Below, one piece after another: positions 1 to 8,880 of a DNA stretch of 20,000 bases. The position numbers were made by a program, and so were the translations under genes. Every line of letters starts with the position of its first letter. Position 1 is the stretch's first letter. Source of the DNA: an uncultured virus (IMG/VR IMGVR_UViG_3300042483_000521) (Duplodnaviria > Heunggongvirae > Uroviricota > Caudoviricetes); the IMG/VR virus record IMGVR_UViG_3300042483_000521; one strand, written 5' to 3'. The notes beneath the pieces were generated by a model. The model did no database searches. It saw only the letters and a list, made by a program, of their open reading frames with translations, and was not told where the DNA came from.

Positions 1-684
1 ATCAGTCATGTCAGTCTTCAGATTGAAATAGCTCTGTAGAAGCTTCTGTGAGGTTAAGTCTAACACTTGCTTCTCCAAGTATCCTGGAAGAGCAAACTCT
101 TTATCTAGAGGATTCTGACAAAGCTGGTCAGTTGTATAGCTTGGAGTTCCGCATCCACATTCAGGATACATAATATCGTTAGGTACGTCTTCTTCAAATA
201 AAGCTACGAATCTAACAGCCTGTAATGCTGGATTGCTGACATAAAGATAACCATTTGAAATCCAGAAATACTGTTCTTTTTTAATAACAGGAAGTTTTAA
301 TAGATTTAGATAACGATTAACAGTGATCTCTTTCATCTTAGTGCCTTGTCCAGATAATGCGTTTATTGAATAAACGCCTTGGATTACATATTGATAATTT
401 CCTTCAGATATTCTAGGAAGTTTATATGTTGATCTCGCAACAGAACAAGGATCTGCATAATTGCAGCATTCTGAGATAGGCACCTCGCACATTTCCAAAC
501 ATGGAATTGTTGTAAAAAGTGTATCTGTTGCCCACAGCTTTCTAAGATTGGTTTCTCTTTTTATCAACAATAATGCATTATTTCGCACCTCAGAGGCGAT
601 TGCCCTGTCTGTGATGAGACTATCTGTTGATATGATCTTGTGCGTTGCTCGCACATCAGATACTAATTTTCTTAATGTTGACAT
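1..684 (-). CDS. crAss-like tail ring/tubular protein (partial, runs off left edge; absent from ORF track)
   Basis: Manual translation from ATG at 684 gives MSTLRKLVSDVRATHKIISTDSLITDRAIASEVRNNALLLIKRETNLRKLW...PLDKEFALPGYLEKQVLDL..., open to position 1 (228 codons). The ring-protein call rests on resemblance to crAss tail ring proteins and position downstream of the hub/fibre genes. Confidence 0.7.
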   Translation of the reverse strand, partial: MSTLRKLVSDVRATHKIISTDSLITDRAIASEVRNNALLLIKRETNLRKLWATDTLFTTIPCLEMCEVPISECCNYADPCSVARSTYKLPRISEGNYQYVIQGVYSINALSGQGTKMKEITVNRYLNLLKLPVIKKEQYFWISNGYLYVSNPALQAVRFVALFEEDVPNDIMYPECGCGTPSYTTDQLCQNPLDKEFALPGYLEKQVLDLTSQKLLQSYFNLKTDMTD

Positions 685-717
685 TTTGTGTTCCTGATTT
701 TCAGAGTTATATGTACT

Positions 718-725
718 CAAATTTA
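718..725 (-). promoter_or_regulatory. possible Bacteroidota -7 promoter element (TAAATTTG)
   Basis: TAnnTTTG on the minus strand just after a terminator and ~35 nt upstream of the ATG at 684; no -33 TTTG at canonical spacing. Confidence 0.35.
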
Positions 726-740
726 ATCATTTTTCCAAAT

Positions 741-770
741 AAAAACTCCCAGACAATAAATGCCTGGGAG
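741..770 (-). terminator. intrinsic terminator
   Basis: Minus strand CTCCCAGGCA-TTTAT-TGTCTGGGAG followed by TTTTTATTT; a second hairpin AAACTCTAC/GTAGAGTTT lies adjacent at ~771-800. Confidence 0.75.
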
Positions 771-807
771 AAACTCTACAAAACCAATAAAGTAGAGTTT
801 ATTTAGT

Positions 808-1458
808 TTATGGTATTGCAGTGGTTGTAGTTGTTGTTGTAGGACATACATAAGGTATACAAGCTGGTAATGAATTTACATCATAGAATGCAGTTATTAT
901 GCCACCAGTAACTGTAACAACATAAATTGGAGGTGTTGTATAGAATGGATCTGGACTTGATGAAGGGGAATTTGGTGAATAAACATAATTTCCTGAATTA
1001 GTCAAAGGCACACCAACAGAATTGTATAATTGAGCCCCCAATACAAACCCAACACTTGAATAATAATATAAATATCCTCCACTAACTCCAACAAGAGGAT
1101 CGAAACCTTTCAACCAATCACACTTTACTTCACTTGGAGTTTTTGGAACCCAATTTACATACACTCCACAAATATTTGCTCCTATTGAAACTACCGTTGA
1201 TAAAAGTGTAGGCGGTCCTGACGTAGTTGTTGTAGTAGTGGTAGCACCTATAACTACATCAATGTAATTTGTACATACTCCTGTACTAATTATTCTCACT
1301 GTTGTTGTACCAGCTGGAGCAGTTGTAGCATATCCTGCTAACAATGTTGCTTTGCTTACACCTATAGCAAATGCAGACACAAACCCGTCAACATTTGAAT
1401 AAAGATTGAATGGACCTGAATCTGCTCCAGCTGATGTAAGAGTTATAAATATGTACAT
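808..1458 (-). CDS. Thr-rich putative virion surface/fibre protein
   Basis: 216 aa; beta-rich N-terminal domain, TTTTTTTS linker, C-terminal CPTTTTTTTAIP; lies in the tail-fibre region. Confidence 0.6.
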   Translation of the reverse strand: MYIFITLTSAGADSGPFNLYSNVDGFVSAFAIGVSKATLLAGYATTAPAGTTTVRIISTGVCTNYIDVVIGATTTTTTTSGPPTLLSTVVSIGANICGVYVNWVPKTPSEVKCDWLKGFDPLVGVSGGYLYYYSSVGFVLGAQLYNSVGVPLTNSGNYVYSPNSPSSSPDPFYTTPPIYVVTVTGGIITAFYDVNSLPACIPYVCPTTTTTTTAIP

Positions 1459-1476
1459 GCACTTTTAGTTTAATAG

Positions 1477-1983
1477 TTAGCAAGAAGTTGCTGCACTCAA
1501 CACTCCCCCACTTGATACTGTCCACTTAGTACTTAAGTTGGTTACATAAATATATCCACTGTAAGGAGTTGTTAATCCGCTATTAGTGTACAATACTACA
1601 CCATTAGCTAATACAGGAGCAGACGTGTACAATATAGGAAGCAACACAGCTGATGTACATGGACTAGCAAGATTCACCAATCCTCCTAAATACCAAGAAT
1701 AATACGCAGCTCCTGTAGTTGTAGAAGTTGTGGTGCTGGTTGTGGACGTACTAGTTGTTGATGTAGTTGGTGGTGTAGGTGTAATTATTTCCTTAATGGC
1801 TAAAATTTGTGCATCAATTATTTGAAGAATTTCTGTCAAGTCATCACAACTCTGTATTCCTGTTCCTGGAAGATTTGGACCAACATATTTTACTTGTGAT
1901 GTTGATAGTAAATCATTTCCAGGATCACTACAACCACAAGGATCAAGTGCTCCACATCCTAAACATTTATTATTAGTTACCAT
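1477..1983 (-). CDS. Cys/Thr-rich putative tail fibre protein (start moved to ATG 1983)
   Basis: MVTNNKCLGCGALDPCGC...QVKYVGPNLPGTGIQSCDDLTEIL resembles the N-terminus of 1988-3136; has a Thr/Ser linker; ATG lies 4 nt after the upstream stop. Confidence 0.65.
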   Translation of the reverse strand: MVTNNKCLGCGALDPCGCSDPGNDLLSTSQVKYVGPNLPGTGIQSCDDLTEILQIIDAQILAIKEIITPTPPTTSTTSTSTTSTTTSTTTGAAYYSWYLGGLVNLASPCTSAVLLPILYTSAPVLANGVVLYTNSGLTTPYSGYIYVTNLSTKWTVSSGGVLSAATSC

Positions 1984-1987
1984 AGTC

Positions 1988-3136
1988 TTATGGGATATAC
2001 ATGATATAGTAAGCACCAATTGTAGGCTGGATGTTGTTATGGGATAGTCCACCACCTGCTACGTCAACAACTACATTAGTTGTAACATTTACTGTTGCAT
2101 TGTTAGTTGGTCCTCTATCATGAGTTCCTGATATACTTTTTAATGAATATGAAAATCTATCTGGTGAGCCAATGCTACCAGGCACATCATAGTATGTAAC
2201 AAGAGGTGAAGTAGCTGTTAGATCTCCAATATTTGCAGAACCAGTCTTAGCAATAAGGTGATTATGAGGATCAGCTGTTGATGTAGCTGTAGCTGTGTGC
2301 GTGTGAGAAGGGATTTGAGTAGCTGATAAGGTTACATTGTTCAAACCTGCTACACCAAATAGTGAATAACTTGGATTACCTGCTGTAGATGGATTAACTA
2401 TAGAACTCATTGGTATACTTCCAGCCATACTTCCATCTGTAGTTCCTACAGCAACACGTCCTCTCTTATCTGGTGTACCATTACTACCATTACACAAAAA
2501 CACATCTATAAATTGTCCAGTACCTGCTCCTGTAATATCAAAACCTGTAAGAAGACCATAATACTCATAAGCAACATAAGGAACCATCTTGTTCTTGTAC
2601 AAGTTAGATGGAGCAATGCTGTCTAGATATGCTTGAATGAGCGTATTCAAATCAGCCAGTTTAACATAGTTTGTATCAACCTCAGCTTCTAGTGCTGTTA
2701 AGCCAGCAGCTGTTGAACACAGCTTGTTAATAGCTGCTTGGAGAATGTCATGTGTATCAGACGATGCTGTTACACCTGTAAGACATCCAATTGTGTAATT
2801 GGCATTAAGGGTGGCGAGCGTTGCGTCAATTGCCGTAACATTGGTTTTTAAAGCACAAATTGACTGCAACAATGCTGATATAACATCATTAAGTGTGATG
2901 TCACCAGACACTGGAAGAAATCCACTCACCAATGGGCAGAGATCAGCTGGATCAATAACAGGAATGATTCCATTACCTGTAGACAAGTCTATGATAAATG
3001 TTGAAATTTGTAATTCAACAAAAGCGAGAGTATCGCCATTAGAAATACCAAGAGCAGGAATACCATATCCTGTATATCTTACGCACTGATCAGATATGAT
3101 TTCTGTGCATCCGTTAAAGCAATTAGAGCAGCTCAT
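1988..3136 (-). CDS. tail fibre protein with C-terminal tail-collar-like domain
   Basis: 382 aa; motifs FLCNGSNGTPDKRGRVAVG, VTLSATQIPSHTH and GGGLSHNNIQP..YYIM are typical of phage tail collar/MdpB-like domains; Cys-rich N-terminus and central coiled coil. Confidence 0.75.
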   Translation of the reverse strand: MSCSNCFNGCTEIISDQCVRYTGYGIPALGISNGDTLAFVELQISTFIIDLSTGNGIIPVIDPADLCPLVSGFLPVSGDITLNDVISALLQSICALKTNVTAIDATLATLNANYTIGCLTGVTASSDTHDILQAAINKLCSTAAGLTALEAEVDTNYVKLADLNTLIQAYLDSIAPSNLYKNKMVPYVAYEYYGLLTGFDITGAGTGQFIDVFLCNGSNGTPDKRGRVAVGTTDGSMAGSIPMSSIVNPSTAGNPSYSLFGVAGLNNVTLSATQIPSHTHTATATSTADPHNHLIAKTGSANIGDLTATSPLVTYYDVPGSIGSPDRFSYSLKSISGTHDRGPTNNATVNVTTNVVVDVAGGGLSHNNIQPTIGAYYIMYIP

Positions 3137-3403
3137 TTATTTATATTTTAGAAGTTTTACTTTACTAGCTATTTGACATACGCTAAACTCTTTAGCGTAA
3201 TCTGGGTTACAATACTTATATGTCAGGATTCTTCTGTAGTTAAGAAGATCTATCATTGTTGTATATGGAACAGGCATATTCAATGCAAACACAGTGTTGT
3301 TGTAAAGATTCTTTGCAACTTCTGTAATCTTGCATTCAATATCACCTAATAATGTTGGAATATCAACACATTCAGGACAAGATGTTAATCTAGGTTGTAA
3401 CAT
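3137..3403 (-). CDS. small structural protein, putative tail hub component
   Basis: 88 aa, abuts the next gene; position matches the crAss tail hub region. Confidence 0.5.
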   Translation of the reverse strand: MLQPRLTSCPECVDIPTLLGDIECKITEVAKNLYNNTVFALNMPVPYTTMIDLLNYRRILTYKYCNPDYAKEFSVCQIASKVKLLKYK

Positions 3404-3426
3404 ACTTATTTATTTTTAGAAGATGT

Positions 3427-3579
3427 TTATACTAATCTTTCTAGTTCGATTCTATCAGTAGTGGTTGGTTGCACAACTTTGATTTCCTCTTTTTTCTTAT
3501 TTGCACAGAATGCACACATCCCATTTTTAAGATTGCATCCACACCCAACACTTGCTCCGCAGCTTAAACACTTTGCCAT
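3427..3579 (-). CDS. 50-aa Cys-rich (Zn-finger-like) protein, absent from ORF track
   Basis: MAKCLSCGASVGCGCNLKNGMCAFCANKKKEEIKVVQPTTTDRIELERLV; ATG 1 nt after the upstream stop; fills the gap between two genes. Confidence 0.75.
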   Translation of the reverse strand: MAKCLSCGASVGCGCNLKNGMCAFCANKKKEEIKVVQPTTTDRIELERLV

Positions 3580-3580
3580 A

Positions 3581-4150
3581 TTAATAATACGTTGTTACTG
3601 TTGCATAATTATTTCCTGAACATCCACAGTTATTTCTTAAGAAGTTGTTCAACATTTTGTCAGCTTGAAGATACAATCTATTTGCTTCAACTGTAGCACA
3701 ATTATTTGCAGCTGCTATAGCCCCATTAATAAAAAATGATATAGTTGTAAGCTCTACCTTAGCTTGTGTTTTAATTGCTCTATCGCACTCCATCATGTCA
3801 AGTTTCATAAATGCTCCATCAAACTTCTCCTGAATTCTCTCAGTACGCATGATAGTTCTCTCAACATAGTTTATATATGCTGGAGCCACTGAATACTTCA
3901 GATAATAAATGCCATCAGGAAGAGGATCATTTGTCCCAACTGGTGTAATTCCTAGATTAGAGGATGATAATACATTTATCTGGTTAACGACAAATGGAAC
4001 ATTTACTATTCCAAAGTTTGGAACATTAACTTCCAAGTTTGGAGCAGTTACACTTGGTGGTGTAGTTGGATATGTAGATGCGTCAGCAACAGCCATTGTT
4101 AGCGTGTTGTATGTTGGCACTACAAGTATGTCTAGTTGCAGAGTTGGCAT
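3581..4150 (-). CDS. putative tail hub/fibre-docking protein
   Basis: 189 aa; Ig-like N-terminal half with LPDGIYYLKYSV, helical C-terminal half ending in CGC; crAss synteny. Confidence 0.55.
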   Translation of the reverse strand: MPTLQLDILVVPTYNTLTMAVADASTYPTTPPSVTAPNLEVNVPNFGIVNVPFVVNQINVLSSSNLGITPVGTNDPLPDGIYYLKYSVAPAYINYVERTIMRTERIQEKFDGAFMKLDMMECDRAIKTQAKVELTTISFFINGAIAAANNCATVEANRLYLQADKMLNNFLRNNCGCSGNNYATVTTYY

Positions 4151-4159
4151 GGGAGTTAT

Positions 4160-4209
4160 AAAGAAAATGCCAGAGGACTTTGAGAACTAATCCTCTCACC
4201 CTCTGGCAT
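4160..4209 (-). terminator. terminator/attenuator hairpin after the auxiliary capsid gene
   Basis: 10-bp stem ATGCCAGAGG (4167-4176)/CCTCTGGCAT (4200-4209), inner TGAGA/TCTCA, followed on the minus strand by TTTCTTT. Confidence 0.65.
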
Positions 4210-4238
4210 AGGTTGTAGAAATTTTAACTTACCTACTA

Positions 4239-5417
4239 TTAAGGAATCAAAGTGCTAGTAGTGGTAGTAGTTGTTGGAGGTGTAGAAGTTGTAGTGGTAG
4301 TAGTAGTGATACAAACATTGTTGTCAACTACAGTACCAAGAGCAGCTTCAAGAACAGCTTCAACAGCAGCAGCGATACCAGCATTACCTAGAGTGGCAGC
4401 ATTAGGAGCAGCAAGAATAACCATGCTATCTTCGTGGATATAATCACCCCACTGATAACCAGAACGATCATACTGATTGAACTTGATGTAATAGGTATCA
4501 TAAATAGTACCAGTAGTTACATAAGTCTCAAAGTTCTCGTTGTAGCCATTCATTCTGTACAAGTGCTTCAAGTAACCTGCCTGATAGCTGTAGAAGTTTT
4601 TCTCAAGCTGAGCAATTTCTTCAGCAGTACCAGTTGGGTAAGAAGCTCTCTGAACAACAACAGGGTCAGCAACAATATCACAGTTGTCAGCAACAATGAA
4701 GTCAGCAGTGGTAGCAGGACCTTGGTAAACAAAGGTACGGAAGTACATTCTGTCATATTCCCAAGGGAATGCAGCAATATCGCAAGGCTGGCCATACTTA
4801 GTAAGAGGCTTACCAGAAATACGAAGGATAGTTCCACCTACGTTCTCAAAAGTATAGAAGTCAGAGAATGTGATGTTGTCAGGGTTGTTACCAGGAGCAG
4901 CAAGGTTCAATTGGAAAATGAATTGATTAATCAATGCATTTGTATCAACATCAGTGCAAGGATCAGCACCACAATCGCAACAAGGAGCTTGCACAGTTAC
5001 TGAACGGGTGAAACCGTTGAAGTACAAGGTGTCAAGATAACTAGAATGAGCTCTTAGAGTAAGAGTCACAACTTCTCCACACTGTACGCTCCAATTAGTC
5101 ACATCAGTGATTTGGACAGCAGGAGTACCGCAACCTGATACTTTGTACCATTCAGTTACGTTAGAAGAGCAACCTGAACCAGAAGGACAACCCTTGATTT
5201 TATCAGAACGCTTAGAGCCCTGTAGGTAGGTGTTTTGTCTACCTTGTGCTACATAGAAGTATGGTGCAGCAGCAATGTTTGCAGCCGTAGCAATACTATA
5301 GTCGTTCTTGAAGAAACCAACTTGACCAGCAGTTAGATCCTGAGTAGAACCAGAGCTAGGAAGCGAAGTTTGCCCTACTGGAACTACAAAAAGGGTGGTT
5401 AACGAGAAATCAGCCAT
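4239..5417 (-). CDS. crAss-like auxiliary capsid/structural protein with poly-Thr tail
   Basis: 392 aa, third gene after the MCP as in the crAss capsid module; followed by a terminator; C-terminus ITTTTTTTSTPPTTTTTTSTLIP. Confidence 0.65.
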   Translation of the reverse strand: MADFSLTTLFVVPVGQTSLPSSGSTQDLTAGQVGFFKNDYSIATAANIAAAPYFYVAQGRQNTYLQGSKRSDKIKGCPSGSGCSSNVTEWYKVSGCGTPAVQITDVTNWSVQCGEVVTLTLRAHSSYLDTLYFNGFTRSVTVQAPCCDCGADPCTDVDTNALINQFIFQLNLAAPGNNPDNITFSDFYTFENVGGTILRISGKPLTKYGQPCDIAAFPWEYDRMYFRTFVYQGPATTADFIVADNCDIVADPVVVQRASYPTGTAEEIAQLEKNFYSYQAGYLKHLYRMNGYNENFETYVTTGTIYDTYYIKFNQYDRSGYQWGDYIHEDSMVILAAPNAATLGNAGIAAAVEAVLEAALGTVVDNNVCITTTTTTTSTPPTTTTTTSTLIP

Positions 5418-5442
5418 TTTTTTGTTTGTTTGTTAAGTTTAT

Positions 5443-6174
5443 TTATTCATTTGTTTGTATTCTGAACTGGGCACTTTGTACCGCAGATGCATTCTCTGTA
5501 TACATTGCTAAGTTCTGGACAGTTAAATCTACTAACTCGTCTTCCAGATAAGCTTCAAGTTCACAATCAACGTCTGTTGAGGGTTGACCATCAAACCTGA
5601 TGTAGCCTGTCTTATCAATGTAGATTGGGTATCTCATGTACGAAATGTATATCGCAGTTGGAGTGAACGTTCCGTCAGTGAATATACTAATTTCATCTGA
5701 AGAGATAAAATTAAATGTTTCTTGATATTCAAAGGATGGCTTGTAGTGAACGTTGTTCAATAAGAACTGCAAATCACCATGTTTTGCCAAATCTTTATTT
5801 ATCCAGATTTGTCGATCCTTACATACACCCTTGTCAGCTAAAACATAACTGTCAATGTAGAACATATATTTTGGATCAAGTAAATCAATATCAGCTGCCC
5901 ACTGATTTAGTGTTTGGTTTTTGAGATGAAGATTTAACACGCCAGCATTGTAATTAATTACAAGCTTCTGTAAGTCTTCATAACGCTTTTTGAAAGCGTC
6001 TAGTCCCATTCCACTAACAACACTAAATCCATCAACCTTCTGTTTGATAAGCTTAATCTGCGCTTCGTTAAGTGCAAGTATTTTATCTTCTAGTTGAATC
6101 TGCTGATGCTCATTAGTTGATAGTTTATTTAGTTTTTGATCAATCTTATATAATAAACTATCTACAGGTATCAT
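5443..6174 (-). CDS. crAss-like tail ring (head-tail connector) protein
   Basis: 243 aa; LNEAQ, YMRYP and DCELEAYLEDELVDLTV motifs resemble crAss ring proteins; ATGA overlap with the upstream gene. Confidence 0.7.
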   Translation of the reverse strand: MIPVDSLLYKIDQKLNKLSTNEHQQIQLEDKILALNEAQIKLIKQKVDGFSVVSGMGLDAFKKRYEDLQKLVINYNAGVLNLHLKNQTLNQWAADIDLLDPKYMFYIDSYVLADKGVCKDRQIWINKDLAKHGDLQFLLNNVHYKPSFEYQETFNFISSDEISIFTDGTFTPTAIYISYMRYPIYIDKTGYIRFDGQPSTDVDCELEAYLEDELVDLTVQNLAMYTENASAVQSAQFRIQTNE

Positions 6175-7139
6175 ACAGAAGCGAGTTTCTTAGATTTCAA
6201 CTTTTGTTCTAGAGTAATTAGTTCGTCTTGATTATCATCGTTAGCCAAGAATTTCACCAATTCATCTTCGTCTTTTGCCACTTCATATTCACCTTCAAAG
6301 ACACGTCCACTGGACTTAACTCTGTAAACTGAATGTGCAATAGCTTGCTTAACCAAATCTTTGATATGGAGTAAATTTTCCTTCATGTCTGCAAATCTGT
6401 TAAACACTTCGATTGTTGACAATCCTTGGTATTTACCAGCTTTGAATTCAGTCTGCTTGAGAATATTATCCACTTGATTATATACAAAATCTTCTTTGGA
6501 ATCTTCTGTAACTGGAAGTCCTAGAAGTCTTGCCACCTTTCTTTTCTTCTCAGGAGTCATTGAATCAAACTTGGAGATTGCCTTGTTGATCAATTGTTTC
6601 TTCTTGAAGATTACAGCATTTTCGATATCATCATCTACAACGTAGAATTGTGTATCTGCTGGATAGTCACCTCTTTCCCATGCTTGATAAGAACTAGCAA
6701 TAGTTGGATGAACTCTCAACCAAGAAAAAGCAAGTTCTTGAAAAGGTATTACTAAATCGAAGTAGTTGTCACCATCAAGAAGTTTTACAGGTTGGACATG
6801 ACTATTATCATCTGTTGATCTTGATAATCCATAGTTCCAGAAAGTAGCTCTTGGTCCAAGATCTATTCCACCTAAAGCATTTTCAAGTTTCTGTCTTAAC
6901 GCTGTTACACGTTCAGTTTCTAGTTCACGTTCTGTAGGATCAGCAATTCTTTTGATGTAAGCAGCATCAGGATCTAAACCTGTTCTGTATCTTCCATCAA
7001 GTTCCTTGTAAGGATATTTAAAAACTCCAGTTCCTGGAATTCTTGATAGTCCTCTTTGTGATAATCCTCCTTGCATAGTTTGCAAGCCAGCACTGTTATA
7101 CTCCTTCTTAATAGTGGAGATTTTCCCTAATTTACCCAT
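6171..7139 (-). CDS. conserved crAss capsid-module protein downstream of MCP (function unknown)
   Basis: 322 aa; occupies the conserved slot immediately after the MCP. Confidence 0.65.
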   Translation of the reverse strand: MGKLGKISTIKKEYNSAGLQTMQGGLSQRGLSRIPGTGVFKYPYKELDGRYRTGLDPDAAYIKRIADPTERELETERVTALRQKLENALGGIDLGPRATFWNYGLSRSTDDNSHVQPVKLLDGDNYFDLVIPFQELAFSWLRVHPTIASSYQAWERGDYPADTQFYVVDDDIENAVIFKKKQLINKAISKFDSMTPEKKRKVARLLGLPVTEDSKEDFVYNQVDNILKQTEFKAGKYQGLSTIEVFNRFADMKENLLHIKDLVKQAIAHSVYRVKSSGRVFEGEYEVAKDEDELVKFLANDDNQDELITLEQKLKSKKLASV

Positions 7140-7173
7140 TACGTAGTTATTTGATTATTATTGGTTTGTTTTG

Positions 7174-7218
7174 CAGAGTGCACCAATCAAATGGCTAGGC
7201 TCACTGACCCACACTCTG
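7174..7218 (-). ncRNA. compact three-way-junction RNA in the MCP downstream intergenic region
   Basis: CAGAGTG/CACTCTG closing stem enclosing two hairpins, GGGT-CAGTGA-GCCT and GCCA-TTTGAT-TGGT. Confidence 0.45.
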
Positions 7219-7266
7219 TTTTGAAACGTTTTCACGTCAGTCTGAAAGAGCTACTTTCAGAGAGGT

Positions 7267-7297
7267 AAAAAGTGCCCCTCGCTTTGAGGGGCTCTTT
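7267..7297 (-). terminator. intrinsic terminator after the major capsid gene
   Basis: GCCCCTC-AAAGC-GAGGGGC followed by ACTTTTT; T-tracts on both strands. Confidence 0.8.
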
Positions 7298-7301
7298 TAT
7301 A

Positions 7302-8855
7302 TTAGAACTGTGGAATTTCTTCGATAAGAACAGTTCGTGACAAATCTTCGATGAATACATCGCAACGATCTTGCATCCAGATTTCATAGCCTGGGAATTT
7401 GTTGGCAGAAGACATACCCTGAGACTTAGCAAAGCCTAAGTGGTGTCTACGTCCATCAATATAACCCCAAGTCATAGAAGGAGCACCCTTCATACGTACT
7501 TCACGAATGTTGTTGACCATAGAGCCATCAGACATTGGAGATACGTCAAATACCATGAACACAGGAGTGGACTTCTTGTTCTGACCAAATTCCAAGTTGG
7601 ACTGAGGAAGATCAAGTTCTTTCAAGTGGATAAGTTCAACACGACCAGTCTCACGAGTTACCATTGCATCGAATGCAAAGTTGTAAGTGATGTGCTGTCC
7701 TTCTCCTTGCATGTAACGGTTACCGCTATCTGCCATGAAAGTAAGACCAGAATTCAAAGCATCTGCTTTAAGAGCCTGCTGGAACACATCGAAGCCAGCT
7801 TCGTTAGTGTACATTTTAACTCTTCTATCCTTAACATCCACACGTCTGTAGAACAAGTCTCCAAATACGGAACGGATAAGGTTTGCGGAGAATTCTCCAC
7901 GATTGTATTGTACCAAGTTACCATTGTTACGCATTCTGTGGTAAACACCAGCAGACACACGCTTCAATTCTTGCTTAGATCCATTAGTTTTTACAGTGCC
8001 TGGCTTAGACCAGATCATTCGCTTCACCTTAAGTTCAAGCATTGCTTTTCTCAACATGAATTCTACGAATGGCTCCCACTTAACATCGTTACGGGTTAGA
8101 GGAAGTTGGTTTCTACGCTGAGGAGCATATACCAAGATGTCAAGAGCTTTTCCAGAAGCATCCACCATCATTTTGTCATCAGCCCATGCAGTAACTTGGT
8201 GCTCAAAACCATATCCAGAACCAAGAGATTCGAACATAGTGATTTTCTCACCAAGTCTTGGCAAACCAAGAAGATCCTGATCAAATTCACCAATTGCAGC
8301 ATCAACCAATTCTAGTTCGATACCAATTTGCAAGAAAGTAGAGCTTACAAAGTCCACGATTGGGTTATCAGAAACCAATGTGAAAGTGTAAAGGAAACCT
8401 GCATTCCAAGGAACTGGATCTTTTACAGCATACCATCTTGGACCATACTGACGAGAACCTACAGAAACGATAGCGTTCTTAGAGAATTCGTTAGTGTCCA
8501 ATACCACCTGAAATTCCTGACCATCAATACCTGGCTTGCTCAACTCAGCAGTAGAGCTAGGGATGTCAATGATTTTAGGGAATTTGTAAGGAACTTGAAC
8601 TTCCCACTTCCAAGAATCGCTGTTGTTGTCGATGTAATAAGGAGTGGACTTGTTGATCATATCAAGGAAGTCATTGCTATACAATGAGCTCTGAGTGTAC
8701 AAGGAGATAATCTTCTTGTCATAGTCAGCTGGCTCAGTAGAGTGGAATGACTCCAAGTGATTTGAATCAGTTAGCTTTCCTACGGCACGTTTGTCCATTG
8801 ACGCAACACGGGCATAGGTAAAGCCAGTTAAACCTGGGATTGTTTGAATTGCCAT
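7302..8855 (-). CDS. major capsid protein (crAss-like, HK97 fold)
   Basis: 517 aa, follows portal and scaffold-like genes, followed by a strong terminator; crAss-type motifs WKWEV, MYTNEAGF and a C-terminal CDVFIED. Confidence 0.88.
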   Translation of the reverse strand: MAIQTIPGLTGFTYARVASMDKRAVGKLTDSNHLESFHSTEPADYDKKIISLYTQSSLYSNDFLDMINKSTPYYIDNNSDSWKWEVQVPYKFPKIIDIPSSTAELSKPGIDGQEFQVVLDTNEFSKNAIVSVGSRQYGPRWYAVKDPVPWNAGFLYTFTLVSDNPIVDFVSSTFLQIGIELELVDAAIGEFDQDLLGLPRLGEKITMFESLGSGYGFEHQVTAWADDKMMVDASGKALDILVYAPQRRNQLPLTRNDVKWEPFVEFMLRKAMLELKVKRMIWSKPGTVKTNGSKQELKRVSAGVYHRMRNNGNLVQYNRGEFSANLIRSVFGDLFYRRVDVKDRRVKMYTNEAGFDVFQQALKADALNSGLTFMADSGNRYMQGEGQHITYNFAFDAMVTRETGRVELIHLKELDLPQSNLEFGQNKKSTPVFMVFDVSPMSDGSMVNNIREVRMKGAPSMTWGYIDGRRHHLGFAKSQGMSSANKFPGYEIWMQDRCDVFIEDLSRTVLIEEIPQF

Positions 8856-8880
8856 TGTTTTTTACTTTGTTTAATTTAAT

